This document shows positions 63,713 through 64,000 of a stretch of 64,000 bases of DNA, piece after piece. The stretch is taken from IMG/VR virus record IMGVR_UViG_3300020810_001156, positions 124,001 through 188,000 of that record. One strand, given 5' to 3'. A program made the translations under genes and the position numbers. The number at the start of each line of letters is the position of its first letter. The stretch's first letter is position 1. The notes below the pieces were generated by a model. That model was not told where the DNA came from. It made no database searches and was given only the letters and a program-made list of their open reading frames with translations.

Positions 63713-64000
63713 ATGGAAAAAGTAAAATTCGATGGTTTCATCAATCGATACAATCTCGGTGGAGAGGTTGAATCAGTAATGGTAAAATCAGAAGGTTCTG
63801 ACCTTTCAGTTAGAATGATTTCTGATGACAAAACTCTTTTAGGGGATGTAACTTCAGCTAATACTGATTTCCCAAATGGGGAATTTGGTATTTATACTAC
63901 ATCTCAGTTGAAAGGGTTATTGAGTGTGTTAGATAACACTATTGAAGTAGAAGAAGTAACTGGAGCACTAAAGTTCTCTGATAAGGGAACAAAGATGCAG
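63713..64000 (+). CDS. sliding clamp (gp45-like), 3'-truncated; not in ORF track
   Basis: MEKVKFDGFINRYNLGGEVESV...FPNGEFGIYTTSQLKGLL; the EFGIY...L motif and position after PolB. Confidence 0.7.
   Translation, partial: MEKVKFDGFINRYNLGGEVESVMVKSEGSDLSVRMISDDKTLLGDVTSANTDFPNGEFGIYTTSQLKGLLSVLDNTIEVEEVTGALKFSDKGTKMQ

Noticed and set aside
1-64000. tRNA/rRNA genes, inteins, introns, stop-codon reassignment
   Set aside because: Intergenic gaps are short with no cloverleaf seen; PolB, RNR, helicase and RecA are of uninterrupted normal length under the standard code.

Overview
This window is a 64-kb, AT-rich fragment of a large T4-like contractile-tailed phage, with essentially all genes on the + strand. 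The host is probably Bacteroidota/Flavobacteriia: there are seven TTTG-N19/20-TATATT(T/A)G promoters, A-rich leaders without Shine-Dalgarno sites, and an ATP-cone NrdB. Region 1-30.3 kb is a fibre/adhesin module with two giant fibres (4590 and 3866 aa) carrying long proline-free Gly-X-Y tracts, cupredoxin-like domains and an S74 chaperone. Region 30.4-41.8 kb is the tail module: sheath, tube, a chaperone with a likely +1 frameshift, tape measure and baseplate. Region 41.9-64 kb holds a reduced PolA-like enzyme, endolysin, gp32, RecA, 5'-3' exonuclease, helicase, an unannotated Hc1 histone-like gene abutting a SET methyltransferase, MazG-like, RNR, thioredoxin, a putative DNA-modification locus (two Mom-like GNATs, a possible HNH-type nuclease, a glycosyltransferase), PolB and a truncated sliding clamp. 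The best candidates for new biology are the Hc1-SET pair, the PolA-like protein lacking the steric-gate Glu, the Mom/GT/nuclease locus and the +1 frameshift. All family calls come from motif recognition by eye; no searches were run.
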